The notes below the pieces were generated by a model, which did no database searches, was not told where the DNA came from, and worked only from the letters and a program-made list of their open reading frames with translations. This document shows positions 25,501 through 37,500 of a DNA stretch of 64,000 bases, piece by piece. The position numbers and the translations under genes were made by a program. The first letter of the stretch is position 1. The number at the start of each line of letters is the position of its first letter. The DNA is from Antedon mediterranea. Its lineage: Eukaryota; Animalia; Echinodermata. The stretch is from the NCBI RefSeq assembly GCF_964355755.1, contig NC_092677.1, positions 12,794,101-12,858,100 of the forward strand, read 5' to 3'.

Positions 25501-26402
25501 ACACTTTTGTTATGAGGCTGTTGATATCATCTATATACAAAAAAATGCTACCTTTAAGTTACAAAATTTAATAGCATCATCTCTTCAGATTAAAATTAAC
25601 ACTGATGATTTTAGAAAAGGAAAGTAGCAATAAAAGAGAAAGAATTTGTTACAAATGGGTTAAAAAATATACTTTAAAAATGTATTTCTTATTTTATTTT
25701 TAAAAAATCATGAGTCTCCTCTCCTTAATTGCCTAAGTCACACAGCTGACTTAGGCAGAAACACAAAAAACGATCTGAGCATGTGCAAATGTTTATAAAA
25801 GCACTCAGATAATGTACAGAGGGCAGTATAATTATATAAGCAGTGAGTTAAGCAGAAAAAAAAATGTCTTAGACACTTTTGTTATGAGGCTGTCGATATC
25901 ATCTATATACAAAAAATGCTACCTTTAAGTAACAAAATTTAATAGCATCAGCTCTTCAGATTAAAATTAACACTGATGGTTTTAGATAACAAATGGGTTA
26001 AAAAATATACTATAAAAATGTATTTCTTATTTTATTTTAAAAATCATCAGTCTCCTCTCCTTAATAGCCTAAGTCACACGGCTGACTTAGGCAGAAACAC
26101 AGAAAACGATCTGAGCATGTGCAAATGTATATAAAAGCACTCAGATAATGTACAGAGGGCAGTATAATGATATAAGCAGTGAGTTAGGCAGATCATAAGT
26201 CAGCTCTTCTTAATTGCCTAAGTCACACAGCTGACTTAGGCAGAAACACAACAAATATAGTATATTGATATAAGCAGTGAGTTAGGCAGAAAAACAAAAA
26301 ACAAATTATGACTTAGACACTTTTGTTATGAGGCTGTCGATATCATCTATATACAAAAAATGCTCCCTTTAAGTAACAAAATTACTTACAACTACTTAGG
26401 AT

Positions 26403-27535
26403 AAATTACCATTCCCTAACATAATACAGTAACATCTACATGAACATTCTAGAATGAAAATGATAGGATGATATCTTGTTTACAAGGGGAAGAGTATGTT
26501 CTCTCTCGGTTTAGGTGAACTAAATGCTTAAAAACATTGACGCGCGCTGTCAATAGGCGTCCAAGTAATGATTATTGTTTAAACGTTTGTATTATAGCAT
26601 GCCTAACAATGATTCGCGCTGTTATATCCTTGGATTGAATGAATATGGTATTTGAAAATAAATAATATGTGCAGTTTAAATATGTATTTTTTTTATTTCT
26701 CTGTCTTGCATTTTGTATGATCCCGGTATTTTGAACACGCATTGTGATTGTAAGACGACGCTGTTCTCTCTTTGGTTGTAAACTGAAAACATTGAGGCAC
26801 GCTGTCATTAGGCGTCGAAGTAAAGATTTTGGGTTTATTTTCTAAAGAATCATCGAACGAATGCTAGATGACCATGTTGAATGATTTTACAATAAGACAC
26901 GCACTGTCCTTGGTGCGGGGGTCTTGAAGAATAGTTTTGTCATAAAAAGTTTACGGTCATTTCATACATCGAACGAATGCAATTGTCTTAAACGGCAAGT
27001 TAGGTATTATACCGCGCCTATATGCGCGCCTTTGCCAGCTGTATCGGTATTGAAGATGTTTGACATCGTCAACGTTTGCCATCGTATGGACCTTGGTATC
27101 AAGTCTAAATCAATACGAATGCTATTGTGCAAGTTAGATATTATACCGCGCCTATATGCGCGCCTTTGCCACTCGGTATTGAAGATGTTTGACATCGTCA
27201 TAAATTACCATTTCCTAACATAATATACAGTAACATCTACATGAACATTCTAGAATGTGTTTAGATTTTAAGAAACCATGTATAATTATTATAAGAACAA
27301 TCAGAAACATTCCAAAAGTATGCTTAGAAATTGTAATACCAATAGTCTGAGTAAGAAGTATCATCTAGAAGATTACGAACATATCGTATACAAGAAGAGG
27401 GAACGAGTAGTGTTCTCTCTCGGTTTAGGTGAACTGAATGCTTAAAAACATTGACGCGCGCTGCCATTAGGCGTCGAAGTAATGAAATGGTTTAAACGTT
27501 TTGTATTATAGCATGCCTAACAATGATTCGCGCTG
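26403..27535. repeat. Degenerate local duplications at the satellite boundary
   Basis: aaattaccatt.cctaacataat..acagtaacatctacatgaacattctagaatg at 26403 and 27203; tgttctctctcggtttaggtgaact...gattcgcgct at ~26497 and ~27411; ttataccgcgcctatatgcgcgcctttgcca at ~27007 and 27141. Confidence 0.85.
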
Positions 27536-27549
27536 GATTCAACGATTAG

Positions 27550-28097
27550 TACAGGGATTTTGTCGAAAAATGGCCAATTTTCGACCTTTTTATTTTTCGA
27601 CATAATTGGGTTCTGTGGTACTATAAGATGATCATAAAGCAATTATGATCACATACAGCAATAAAAACGCATAATAATTGAATTTTAAAAACTTGCAATT
27701 TTTGCCTTTTTCTAAAAAATCCCTGTACTATAGTACAGAGATTTTTTTGAAAAATGACCAATTTTCGACATAACTGGGTTCTATGGTACTATAAGATGAT
27801 AATAAAGCAATATATGATCATATACAGCAATAAAAACGCATAATAATTGAATTTTAAAAACTTGAAATTTTGGCCATATTTTGAAAAAATCCCTGTAGGC
27901 TACAGGGATTTTGACGAAAAATGGCCAATTTTCGACCTTTTTATTTTTCGACATAATTGGGTTCTATGGTACTATAGGATGATCATAAAGCAATATATGA
28001 TCATATACAGCAATAAAAACGCATAATAATTGAATTTTAAAAACTTGAAATTTTGGCCATTTTTTGAAAAAAATCCCTGTACATATAGTACAGGGAG
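27550..28097. repeat. Three tandem ~170-180-bp units, each bounded by TACAGGGATTTT...AAAATCCCTGTA inverted repeats (tandem MITE-like array)
   Basis: Units at ~27550-27727, 27734-27897 and 27901-28081, plus the start of a fourth at ~28089. Confidence 0.85.
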
Positions 28098-28107
28098 TTT
28101 TTCGACG

Positions 28108-28464
28108 TACGCACGTAATTGTATTGCCATATGATGATTTATGCCCTGAAATTTATGAGTACCAAATTTTATTTAATTGTGATTCATGGTTGTGAAGATA
28201 TGATTACAAACGTGATTTCGTTAAATCGTGCGTAGACCGCGTAATTTTTTATTGCGCACCGTGAAAACATAACCACATCGATTCCTGGCCATAAGGAATA
28301 TACTGTGAAAAATTGACTTAGCTAGATTAAACTGATATCAAGATAAGGTCAGAAAGCGATAAATCGCATAGTGATACCGGACCGACAGACAGACCGACAG
28401 ACGGACCGACAGACAGACCAACCGACCGACATAGTGAACTATAGAGTAGCGTCCACGCGACTAA
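28108..28464 (-). mobile_element. Partial HINE-like element (5' half), same family as 4917-5722
   Basis: Closely matches ~5349-5722, including the GACA/GACC microsatellite and the catagtgaactatagagt...cacgcgactaaaa end. Confidence 0.85.
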
Positions 28465-29930
28465 AAACACGAGATTGTTTATAATAGAAACGATGATCAA
28501 GGCAAGGGAATAATCCCACCTACTTATAGGCCTAGCTTACCAACAAAAAAGACAAAGATAGAAAAACGGTTTTATGAACAGAAAAAACAGGCAAAAAAAA
28601 ACACAATCACCATTGATTTGTAAATAAGGCAAGTTGGCCACCAAGAACCATATTTTAATATCCATAATAATATTTAGGTTTATAATAGACACACTGGTTA
28701 TCATTACGATAAGTACATTTACATTATGTATATTCCAAATCTGACCATACGAATTCATAAATAATAAGACTCATGTATCTCTCCAAATCGTCTGCGTCAA
28801 AACACCCGATTTTGCAGTTGTAACTAGGTACATCTTAACCGACTATCGCAGGTCAGTTAGATACAACTGTAGAACACTGTTTTAACTTATTCGGCGCACG
28901 CAATACAGACGTATATTTAAGAATAATATGCTTGTGTTTTACTAGAATAATTACATCTCAAATTTATGATAGAAGGCAAACACGCCGAAAGAAACATTGC
29001 TATTACAAACATGGAATGTAAACACATGGAATCAACAAAAAAACAATGTAAAATTGATGAACAATCTAAATCGTCGGCAAGAAACATGCGTCCAAAAGCT
29101 GATAACGGCTTTTGCACACGCGCGTCATATTTGCACACACGCGTCATATTTGCATTTTATATGGATCACATTGTTGAAATAATACATAACACATCCATTA
29201 ACAAAAATATATACACACATGCAGATGAATAGAAATAAATATAAAGTCTCACAAAATAGATGAATATTAAAATCGAATGACATAATGAAGAACAAAATTA
29301 TATTTCTTTAAACTTTGTTGTACTGGTCACAACAATGTCTTGCAAGAAGCAGACGAATATTACAGTAAACAAAATAATTACACATAACAAGAATTTTGAT
29401 TTCCAATAGAACAAAACAAACAAATAATAAATCTATCTAACTTAATCTTAGATTTGTTTTTTAGTACTTAGCATTGGCTATTAATCTGCTTAAGGTTACA
29501 AGTCATTCGAATTGAAAGAAATATCAATAATGAAACATGAAAGAGATAAACTATGAAAAAATTAAATAATGTACACCTTTAGTATTAAAGAAACATAAAT
29601 AATTCCCCTCCAATTAGTGACTGCATATTCTGTTATGAAAACAACATACAACCAGTCCTGTAGTAAATGTTATTTCCCTTACAAAACTATACCACAGCAA
29701 AAGAATTACTGCAGTAGCTAAAATTACTGCACTAACCAAAATAGAATTTTGATACGTAACATCTTGAAAGACAACATACATACTGATGAGACTTTTTTTG
29801 TGGGACCTTTTTGGTAAAGAGTGCCTCATTAATATTCACATTATTATAATTAGTTTAATGCATTTAAACAATCATCTTCCTAATCAGAACCGTTAATTAT
29901 ATTCATGGAAATATTAATATTGGTTAATTA

Positions 29931-30110
29931 AGCGTGGTTCCCACTAGCGACGCAACGCAAGGTCGTAACGCAACGCAAGTGAAGTGACCAATCACAAGCG
30001 ATGGCTTATTCGCTTGTGATTGCTAACTGTCTATAACTTCGCTTGTCATTGGTTAAAACGCTTGCGTTGGCTTTACGTCCTTGCGTTGCGTCGCTAGTGG
30101 GAACCACGCT
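29931..30110. mobile_element. ~180-bp MITE with ~32-bp perfect terminal inverted repeats
   Basis: agcgtggttcccactagcgacgcaacgcaagg ... ccttgcgttgcgtcgctagtgggaaccacgct, embedded in ttaa...ttaa. TA versus TTAA target duplication is ambiguous. Confidence 0.88.
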
Positions 30111-31501
30111 TAAATGGTTATATTGCTTATTATAGGAAAGTATATTCATCAAAAATGTAGTAGAACCAGAAAAAAAAACAGCTAAATTTGTTTATTATGT
30201 AATAAAAAGAATAAATTGCACTTAATAAAAGTCTAATGTATGGCTATAAAAAATGTTTTTCAAATTCATATAAATCATATCCAACAATTTAAAAACATAT
30301 TTAAAATTTTTTAACTACGAAAATTTAACATTTATAAATAGGTGGGCAATGATTTTATAAAAACTTTTGTGCAACAAACTTATTTTTAATATTACAGTAA
30401 ATAATTTTACTGTAAACTTTTGCATATAAATAATGATAAAGAATTTAATAACAGTAGACCCATGAACCATGAACCTTGATTGATATGTCCATGGTAGAAC
30501 ACTTTTAAGGAGACACCTCACGGACTTATATAGTGTGTCCCCTTAATAGAGGTTTCTCCTTAATAGGAGTGTCCCCTGAATAGAAGTCCTACACAAATGA
30601 ACAGTTTTACTAGAAGGTTTAAATGTATATCATGCTAAAATCAATTTTACAATTTGTTAATTGATATTCAGAATTTTTATTAAGAATTAAGGACACTGAA
30701 GGAGGGAGGTATAAAACAATTATTTTTATACCACTCTGACTAAAGCATGTGTGCAATTTAGGCAACTTAACAAATTCATAGAATATTTGTAAACATGTAC
30801 AAATAATGCTTTTCTTTGTACCTCTAAAAAGTTGTAACCGTGATTTAATATGTACAAATTCAAGATTTAACCTAAATAATAACAGCTACATATTGGAAGC
30901 CAACCATATGGAAAACATGATATGAGATTAGCATGTACTTATAGATACCACTTACATAAAAACAGTTTGACAAACTTTTCATAATTATCATCTAACTTGC
31001 CATATTATTGGTCTGCAACCTGTATATAATAGTGTTTAATACAAATTATTAACTTGATTTTGTCCAAACATAGTGTAGAATATAGATATATATTTTTGTA
31101 AGGTTTTGTCTACAATATTTATATGTTTTTTAAACTCTGTCCACATGAAAATTTCATTTAAAATCTATTAACATGGAATGTTTCTTAAGCTCTGTCCTCA
31201 TCGGATATTTCCTTTAAACTCTGTAAACTCTCTCTGTCTGATTTTATTTAAAATGTATTCATGGAACCTTTCTGTTTTTTTTATCATCATATATTTTCTA
31301 AACTCTGTTCACATGGAATATCTTCAATAAGTTGTGTCCAATTGAAATTTCATTTAAAATCTGTCCACATGAAATACTTAGGCTTTGTCCACACATGTTC
31401 TTCAATATTTAGCGCCGCAAATAGCTGGGCCAATTACTTGTTTTATTCACACACCCTGTAATAAATACTATCTAATAATTGTCATATAAATATAAATTCA
31501 G

Positions 31502-34500
31502 CTACCATAAAGCTTGTGGTTTGTCGCCAAGAACCGTTGCGTCAACTGATTTTCCTTTTTTCCCGCTTTTCTTATCCTTCTCTTTCTTTTTTCCCGTTCC
31601 GGTTTTACTTATAACTGGTGGCGGAACTTTCGGAGCTTTCTTATTCTTTCTGTCGAGTGTCGATTCTGGAATGCTTCCGTTCTTCGATTGTAAGAATCCT
31701 TTTTTATTTTTCCTATCAATTGTTGTTGAGTTCTCGTTTGTTGTTTCTCCATTTACGGGAGATGTTCCGTTAAGACGGCGTTGGTCTTGCGGATGAATAA
31801 ACGAGTCTTCTAATGCTGTGACGATACTCATTGTTAGTTTTCCTGGGCTACTTAATATATGTTTCACAACTTGGTCATGTTTTGCCCATTTTACATCATT
31901 ATCTTCAACACGAACTATAAAATCTCCTTCATTTACTCCAGCCCTCTGGAATGTAAAATTAATGATTTGTTGAAATAATTGTACATTAAGTTTACTTTGC
32001 TGTCATATCAACATTGGTTATAGCTCTATGTACCTATTTATAACTATTGGGGGAATCAAAAGGGTTAAATTCAAGACAAAATCAACATTACAGAGTATTT
32101 TGCAAAAAAAATATCTTCCTATAGCTAGAAAAGGTGTCATCCCTTACAAAAAGTTAATCTATAATCTTATTATCTTCCTAATATTTTGGTCTACCAATCA
32201 TACCGAGTTTGCTTGTAACAGACAAATTGTGCTCAAACAAATCATAATAATTATTATAATAATGACAATATTAACTATAGTTATGACAACAACAATTTTA
32301 AATGTAAATATGTATATGTTTTTATGATGTAATGTTTAAGCGGATATTAGCCCTTGATGGCATTTGCAGAAATAAAGAAATTGAATTGAATTGACAAAAG
32401 TCATGGCTAACAGCCATTGACACATACCAATGCTGGTCCATTGGCATCAACACTTGCAATGATAACTGGAGAGTCTCCTCTCACAGTAAATCCAAAGCCT
32501 TCAGATCCTCTTGTAATGACAACCTCTCTAGGAGCTGACCAGCTATTTCTAGCATTAAAAATTGCCAATGGTCCCTGTAGGAAATAAACATTATATGACT
32601 TCTGATTTCTTGACTGTAAGTTTAGCATTAAAATTGTGTATGAAGCAAGCAGATGTCAACTAGTTAAAGTAATAGTTTTTTGTCTTCAGAAGACTGTGTC
32701 CTGAAACCTCATCTGGAAAAACGTTTCAATATCATCACTGTAAAATTTTACCTACACTATCAAACTAGTTTGACAAATAAAGTGTGATGTGCCCACATAA
32801 GGTAGTAATATACTCAAATATGGTAGTGATATGACATAATCATGTCCACATGTGGGCACATCACATTTTGTTGTGACATAAAGTTTGATAGTGTAGACAG
32901 AGCTTTATATTAACAACAAGAGGGACTTTGGTGGGAGAGGGGTTGTTTCAATAAATTTTAAGGTTAATCTTACCAATGAATGGAATATATCCTTCACTTT
33001 AACTTTGGCAAAGTCTGGCAGTATCATGGAAGGCTGGTAACACGTTTTACCTTTGAAAATAAAATTCAATAACATAATTATTGGTAATTACTAGTACATC
33101 AAATACACACACATGTTGTATGTGCTTTAAAGCCTCAAGCTCCTGTGACTACTGTTCCGACGAACTCTCATATGGGAGCTTCAAAGTGCTGGAGTGAAAA
33201 AGTTTCCTCTGCTTATCTTAGGATATTTTATGGATCATCTTTGTGTGTATACATTGTATATCCCTTTGCAAAAAAGCCGTATACGATCCGTATACGCTGA
33301 AAACGTATACGACGTATACGGATCGTATACGATTTCACTGTTTACATTATTTCCACTCTGTTGCTCCACAAAGAGTTGGCGTCGTATACGTTTAGCATAC
33401 GTAACGTATACGTTGTTTATTCATGATAAGAATATCGTATACGGGACGTATACGAATCATATACGAACAAACTAGGCCATTTTATAAATTATAATAGCAG
33501 TAATGAGTAGAATAGAGCTAAATAAAACATTTAAATTGTCATTACAACAAATACGTACGTAGGCTCTGGCCTAGGGCTAGGCCTCTAGCTAGCACCAGCC
33601 ATTAGATAGGCCTAGTCTAGTAGTATTAATTATTAATAAGTAGTAGGAGCTAGAACATAAGATCATATTTATTTCTATATTTATTAGATAGCCTAGGCTA
33701 CCGATAAAATTCAAACAACGTTTTTCGCAAGTAAATAAAGTACGCTAAACAGGTATACTACTAGGCCTAGGTAGGCCTAGAAAAAACAAGGGGCCATTTT
33801 CACAAATCGACGTTGTTGTTTGCAGTTTTCCTTTATAAAATATGACAGAGGTCAGTAAGTGCAGCCGCCGACGACGACCGAGCGTCGCTCGGTTGCCTAC
33901 AGTTCCAACTCGTGGTCGACTCGGCTCCCTGGTGGCCAATCATGCATATCATCGGGTGAATCATCGGGTTCGTCGTTCTCAATTCGTCACGCCACGTGCG
34001 AGCTTTGGGTGGTCAAATTACATCGTTAAGTTAAGCGATATTATTCCGCGACGTGTGTTGTAGCAATGGAGATGGAGTAACAATAATTCGGCAATGCCGA
34101 AGAGGAAAACCATGACCCAAAACAGAAGTAAGGTCATTATAATAATTATTATTTAACGATGAATACATTCGGATTTTGAATATATATAAATTGTATGAAT
34201 TATGAATTATATATGAATAAAAAAAAACCACAATTAGTGGTGATAGTAAATACAATTATATCGAATCTCAATTTATTCCCGGTAGCGAACAGATTGAATT
34301 GCTTTCATTATTTCTGCTTGGTGATTAAGAAATCATAAAACATATCTTTCTTTATTTTCATGGTATTCCAATAATTGTTTAAAAAATAACTACCCTCAAC
34401 TTTAAATAACAAATTAAATAAGTCTACTAAACATTGTTGATTTCCCATGGACCCAACAATACCCCAACTATTTCATTAATAATTGTTTATTTGTAACAGT

Positions 34501-37500
34501 TTATTTGAAATCCTTGTCCTTTGTTAATTCAATTGTGTGACAATTAAATTAGATTGTACATGCTTATGCTGTATATTATGTAAAAAGATGATTCATGGTA
34601 TATATCAGATTCTTAAAAAAGATCAACATTTTGAATTCTTAAAATGTGTTCTATATCTTTATTTGGAGTTAGACTCGTACTACATTCATTAAAATGATAA
34701 ACAAATAGCCGGCAGGCGTGTGTACAGAGGGGGGATTATCAATGATGGAGGCATAAAAATGGGGGCGTAGGGTACCATTTTACCAGAGAGATGTAAAATA
34801 ATTATTTAACAAACATTTAACTGGTTGGTTTTACTGCGTTCGCGTACAATTTATCATTTGGATTTTTTAAGTTATATGTAGGTTATGTTAAATTGTATTT
34901 ATCAGTGACAACTCTAGGAAATTTACAGCAATTAGTTCTGTATGCCTAAAATAGTAAAATGCTCTAAATAAAAACGTCGGAGCTTCTTTTTTGTATTTCT
35001 GGCTGTTGAATGTTTTGTTGGCACCCCCTAACTCTGCAACGATGATATCCATAATGCATCGTATTTCCATTTCACCGTTGTTGATATACTACTAGCTAGA
35101 GTAGGTTATTAAAATAATACAATATAACCAAATCTAATATATGGGGGAAAGCTAGCTAGCTTATTTTCACAATGAGTGTACCACAGACTCTTTTCCTTGG
35201 CGTATTTTCCCCAGGCCTAGTTAACTCTTAGTTTACTAGAGCTGCTGCAGTAGCTATATACTGCATATTCGATATATACAATTACAATATGCCTATAGCT
35301 AGAAGTCATCGAATTTACTATCTACCTGGGCCTACTGTAACTAGGCCTACATCCCATTTTTTATTTTTTTTTTATGGTGAGTCAACAAAACCCGTAGCCA
35401 AAAAAATCAACAATGATGATTGAAAATGAATGAAATCTGATCCATCCATGTGATGCATGCATGCAGCGCACATAACACAGGCACGTTTTGGGCGAATTTA
35501 TTTGGATCATTCCATATATATAATAGGGAGCCACATGTATTCTACATTTTTATTAAATCGTAATTTATGGATTTTACTTACTCGTTTTAAATTTAATATA
35601 CTGCGGGCCCAATTTAATATTTACTTATTTATTTCCAAGTACATTAATATTATTTAAAGCACTTTCAAATTAATAACAGCACATTTTGTGTGATTCACTT
35701 ATTAATGGAACATACAAAAGGTAAAGAAATAGCAGAGGGGATAAACAAGGCAGAACAGCCTGGGTGGGTTTTTAAATTTTATGCTTGCTAGAAAAACAAC
35801 GTCTAGTAAAATACAGCACCAAATTTTCATTCGCGAAAACTATGAACTAAATCATCATAGGGAATTTAATGTACATATATACCGACTGAAAAAAAACCAA
35901 ATTGTACACTAATTATTGAAGTCAATATGCTCCTGCGATCGTAAACGTATGCTATCGTCGTCTTGTAAAAAGAGGGACAGTCCCTTTTCGCTTGGTAATA
36001 CGATGTAGTTTGTATACACGCGTCGTCGTATACGGATCATATACGGATCGTATACGGAGCGTATAATTAGGAAATTGTTTATAAATGATCGTATACGGTT
36101 CGTATATGTTTATTATGCGGGCAGGAACTTCCGAATTGACGTATACGTTTCGTATACGAAGTGGACTTCCTATACGAAACATATACGAAACGTATGTAAA
36201 TCGTATACGTTCGTATACGGGTTTTTTGCAAAGGGATAAGACTCCCATTATTATTATTATACGATGGCTTTAACAAAGTAATTTACGATCACAAACCTTT
36301 AATCGCCGGCACTTCCATGATGTCAAAGAAGTCATCTTCCTCATCTAGCTTTGAAAAAAACTCTATTGAGCGTGTGTGGGCGTGTTTTAGAACCTCTTGT
36401 AACGTGTCGATTTTGCGTAATGTCTTTGACAGATTGTGTACTCGTAAAGCCTCTTCGTGTAACATAACAGCTTGTTTCACATGTGCTTTACCTACATGAG
36501 ATTAAGAAATATAATAATACCAAGACTAATATTAAAGCTTCATTTTAACTTTGTATGTTATGTTGTCTATAGATATTAAGTCCGAAGAAAAGTGACATGA
36601 AAAAACAGACCTATGGACAATATAATTGTTGATAACATTTATAACCTCCTGTGCTTGGTTTATCTGTTTTGTGTTGTGCACACAATGTGAACTTGTATTT
36701 TATTTTGAATGTAACATGATGATAACATGAAGTGAATCTATCATACCTAATCTTTTTCTTGATTCGTGATCTTCTGGTAATTTCTCTTTCTCAGCATCTA
36801 AATGAATTTCTGAGAATAGTTCCCTTAACTTCTCTATATCATAGTCAGTACCAGCTAAAAAAATACATAGAAACATATAATCGTAAGAATTTGGATTTTA
36901 TAATGAATAGTTGAGTACATTTTCATAAAATTATAATCAACATGCTCATAATGTTTCTTTAACATGTTTACTTTACTCAAAGTAAATAGAGAACTTGTTT
37001 ATTCATTTCTGTTTACGTGTAAACTCTTTGTTTACAAGGTAAACAAATAGAATCATATAGTTCCAGAAGTCAAGGAACCGTAACATTGGGAATTTAACAC
37101 ATTATATAATACCGCTGCGTTCTTTTCCATCTAAGCAAGATGGAGGGGTATTTGTTTAGATTTGGTAGAAAAAGATAATATAGATAGATATAGATATAAC
37201 TTTACTGGCTGTTTTATTTTATCGATTTGATTAAGTTTTTCGCTTTTTTTTGTATCTCCAATGAGATCTAGCCATTGATACCCACAGCACGGTCAATTTT
37301 TCAGTAATTTTCCTGTGGATTCATATACATATACACCAAAAACAATAATTTGTTGCTTTCAATTAAACTCATCAATAAAAAAATATAGATATATAGTGAA
37401 GACAAAATATTAATTCTACCACCTAAGTTTCTCCAGATTTCGTATTAAGGCCCCCAGGTACTATACCCCCTCATATACAGTAATACAACTAAAGTACAAC

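Larger units (their letters stand above)
1..26383. repeat. Complex modular satellite array (main monomers ~476 and ~575 bp, sub-units ~100 and ~148 bp), truncated by window start
   Basis: Near-identical modules recur continuously: A = ctctccttaatTGCCTAAGTCAcacagcTGACTTAGGCAgaaacacaaaaaa; B = cgatctgag...tatataaaag...ctcagat...agtataatgatat; C = atatagtatattgatat; D = aagcagtgagttaggcaga(+tcataagtcag); E = ~245-bp A-rich block. Spacing of the recurrent 63-aa ORF gives the periods (13778->14254 = 476; 8913->9488 = 575). The array ends mid-E at ~26383. Confidence 0.98.

Noticed and set aside
1-26383. CRISPR-like appearance (palindromic repeat plus spacers)
   Set aside because: The spacers are only three recurring sequences of very different lengths, there are no cas genes, and the context is eukaryotic with introns.
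1-26383. Telomeric TTAGG/TTAGGC repeats
   Set aside because: TTAGGC occurs as isolated copies in both orientations within larger modules, never as tandem runs.
1-26383. Known tandem RNA genes (5S, snRNA, SL RNA, tRNA) or a hammerhead ribozyme in the monomer
   Set aside because: I saw no Pol III A/B/C boxes or known RNA sequence. CTGATGA...GAAA occurs in E, but I could not find the flanking helices a hammerhead needs. An Infernal/Rfam scan would be decisive.
26572-31461. Short ORFs between the satellite and rhophilin
   Set aside because: No recognisable protein similarity or consistent exon chain; they lie in repeat-derived or probable 3' UTR sequence.
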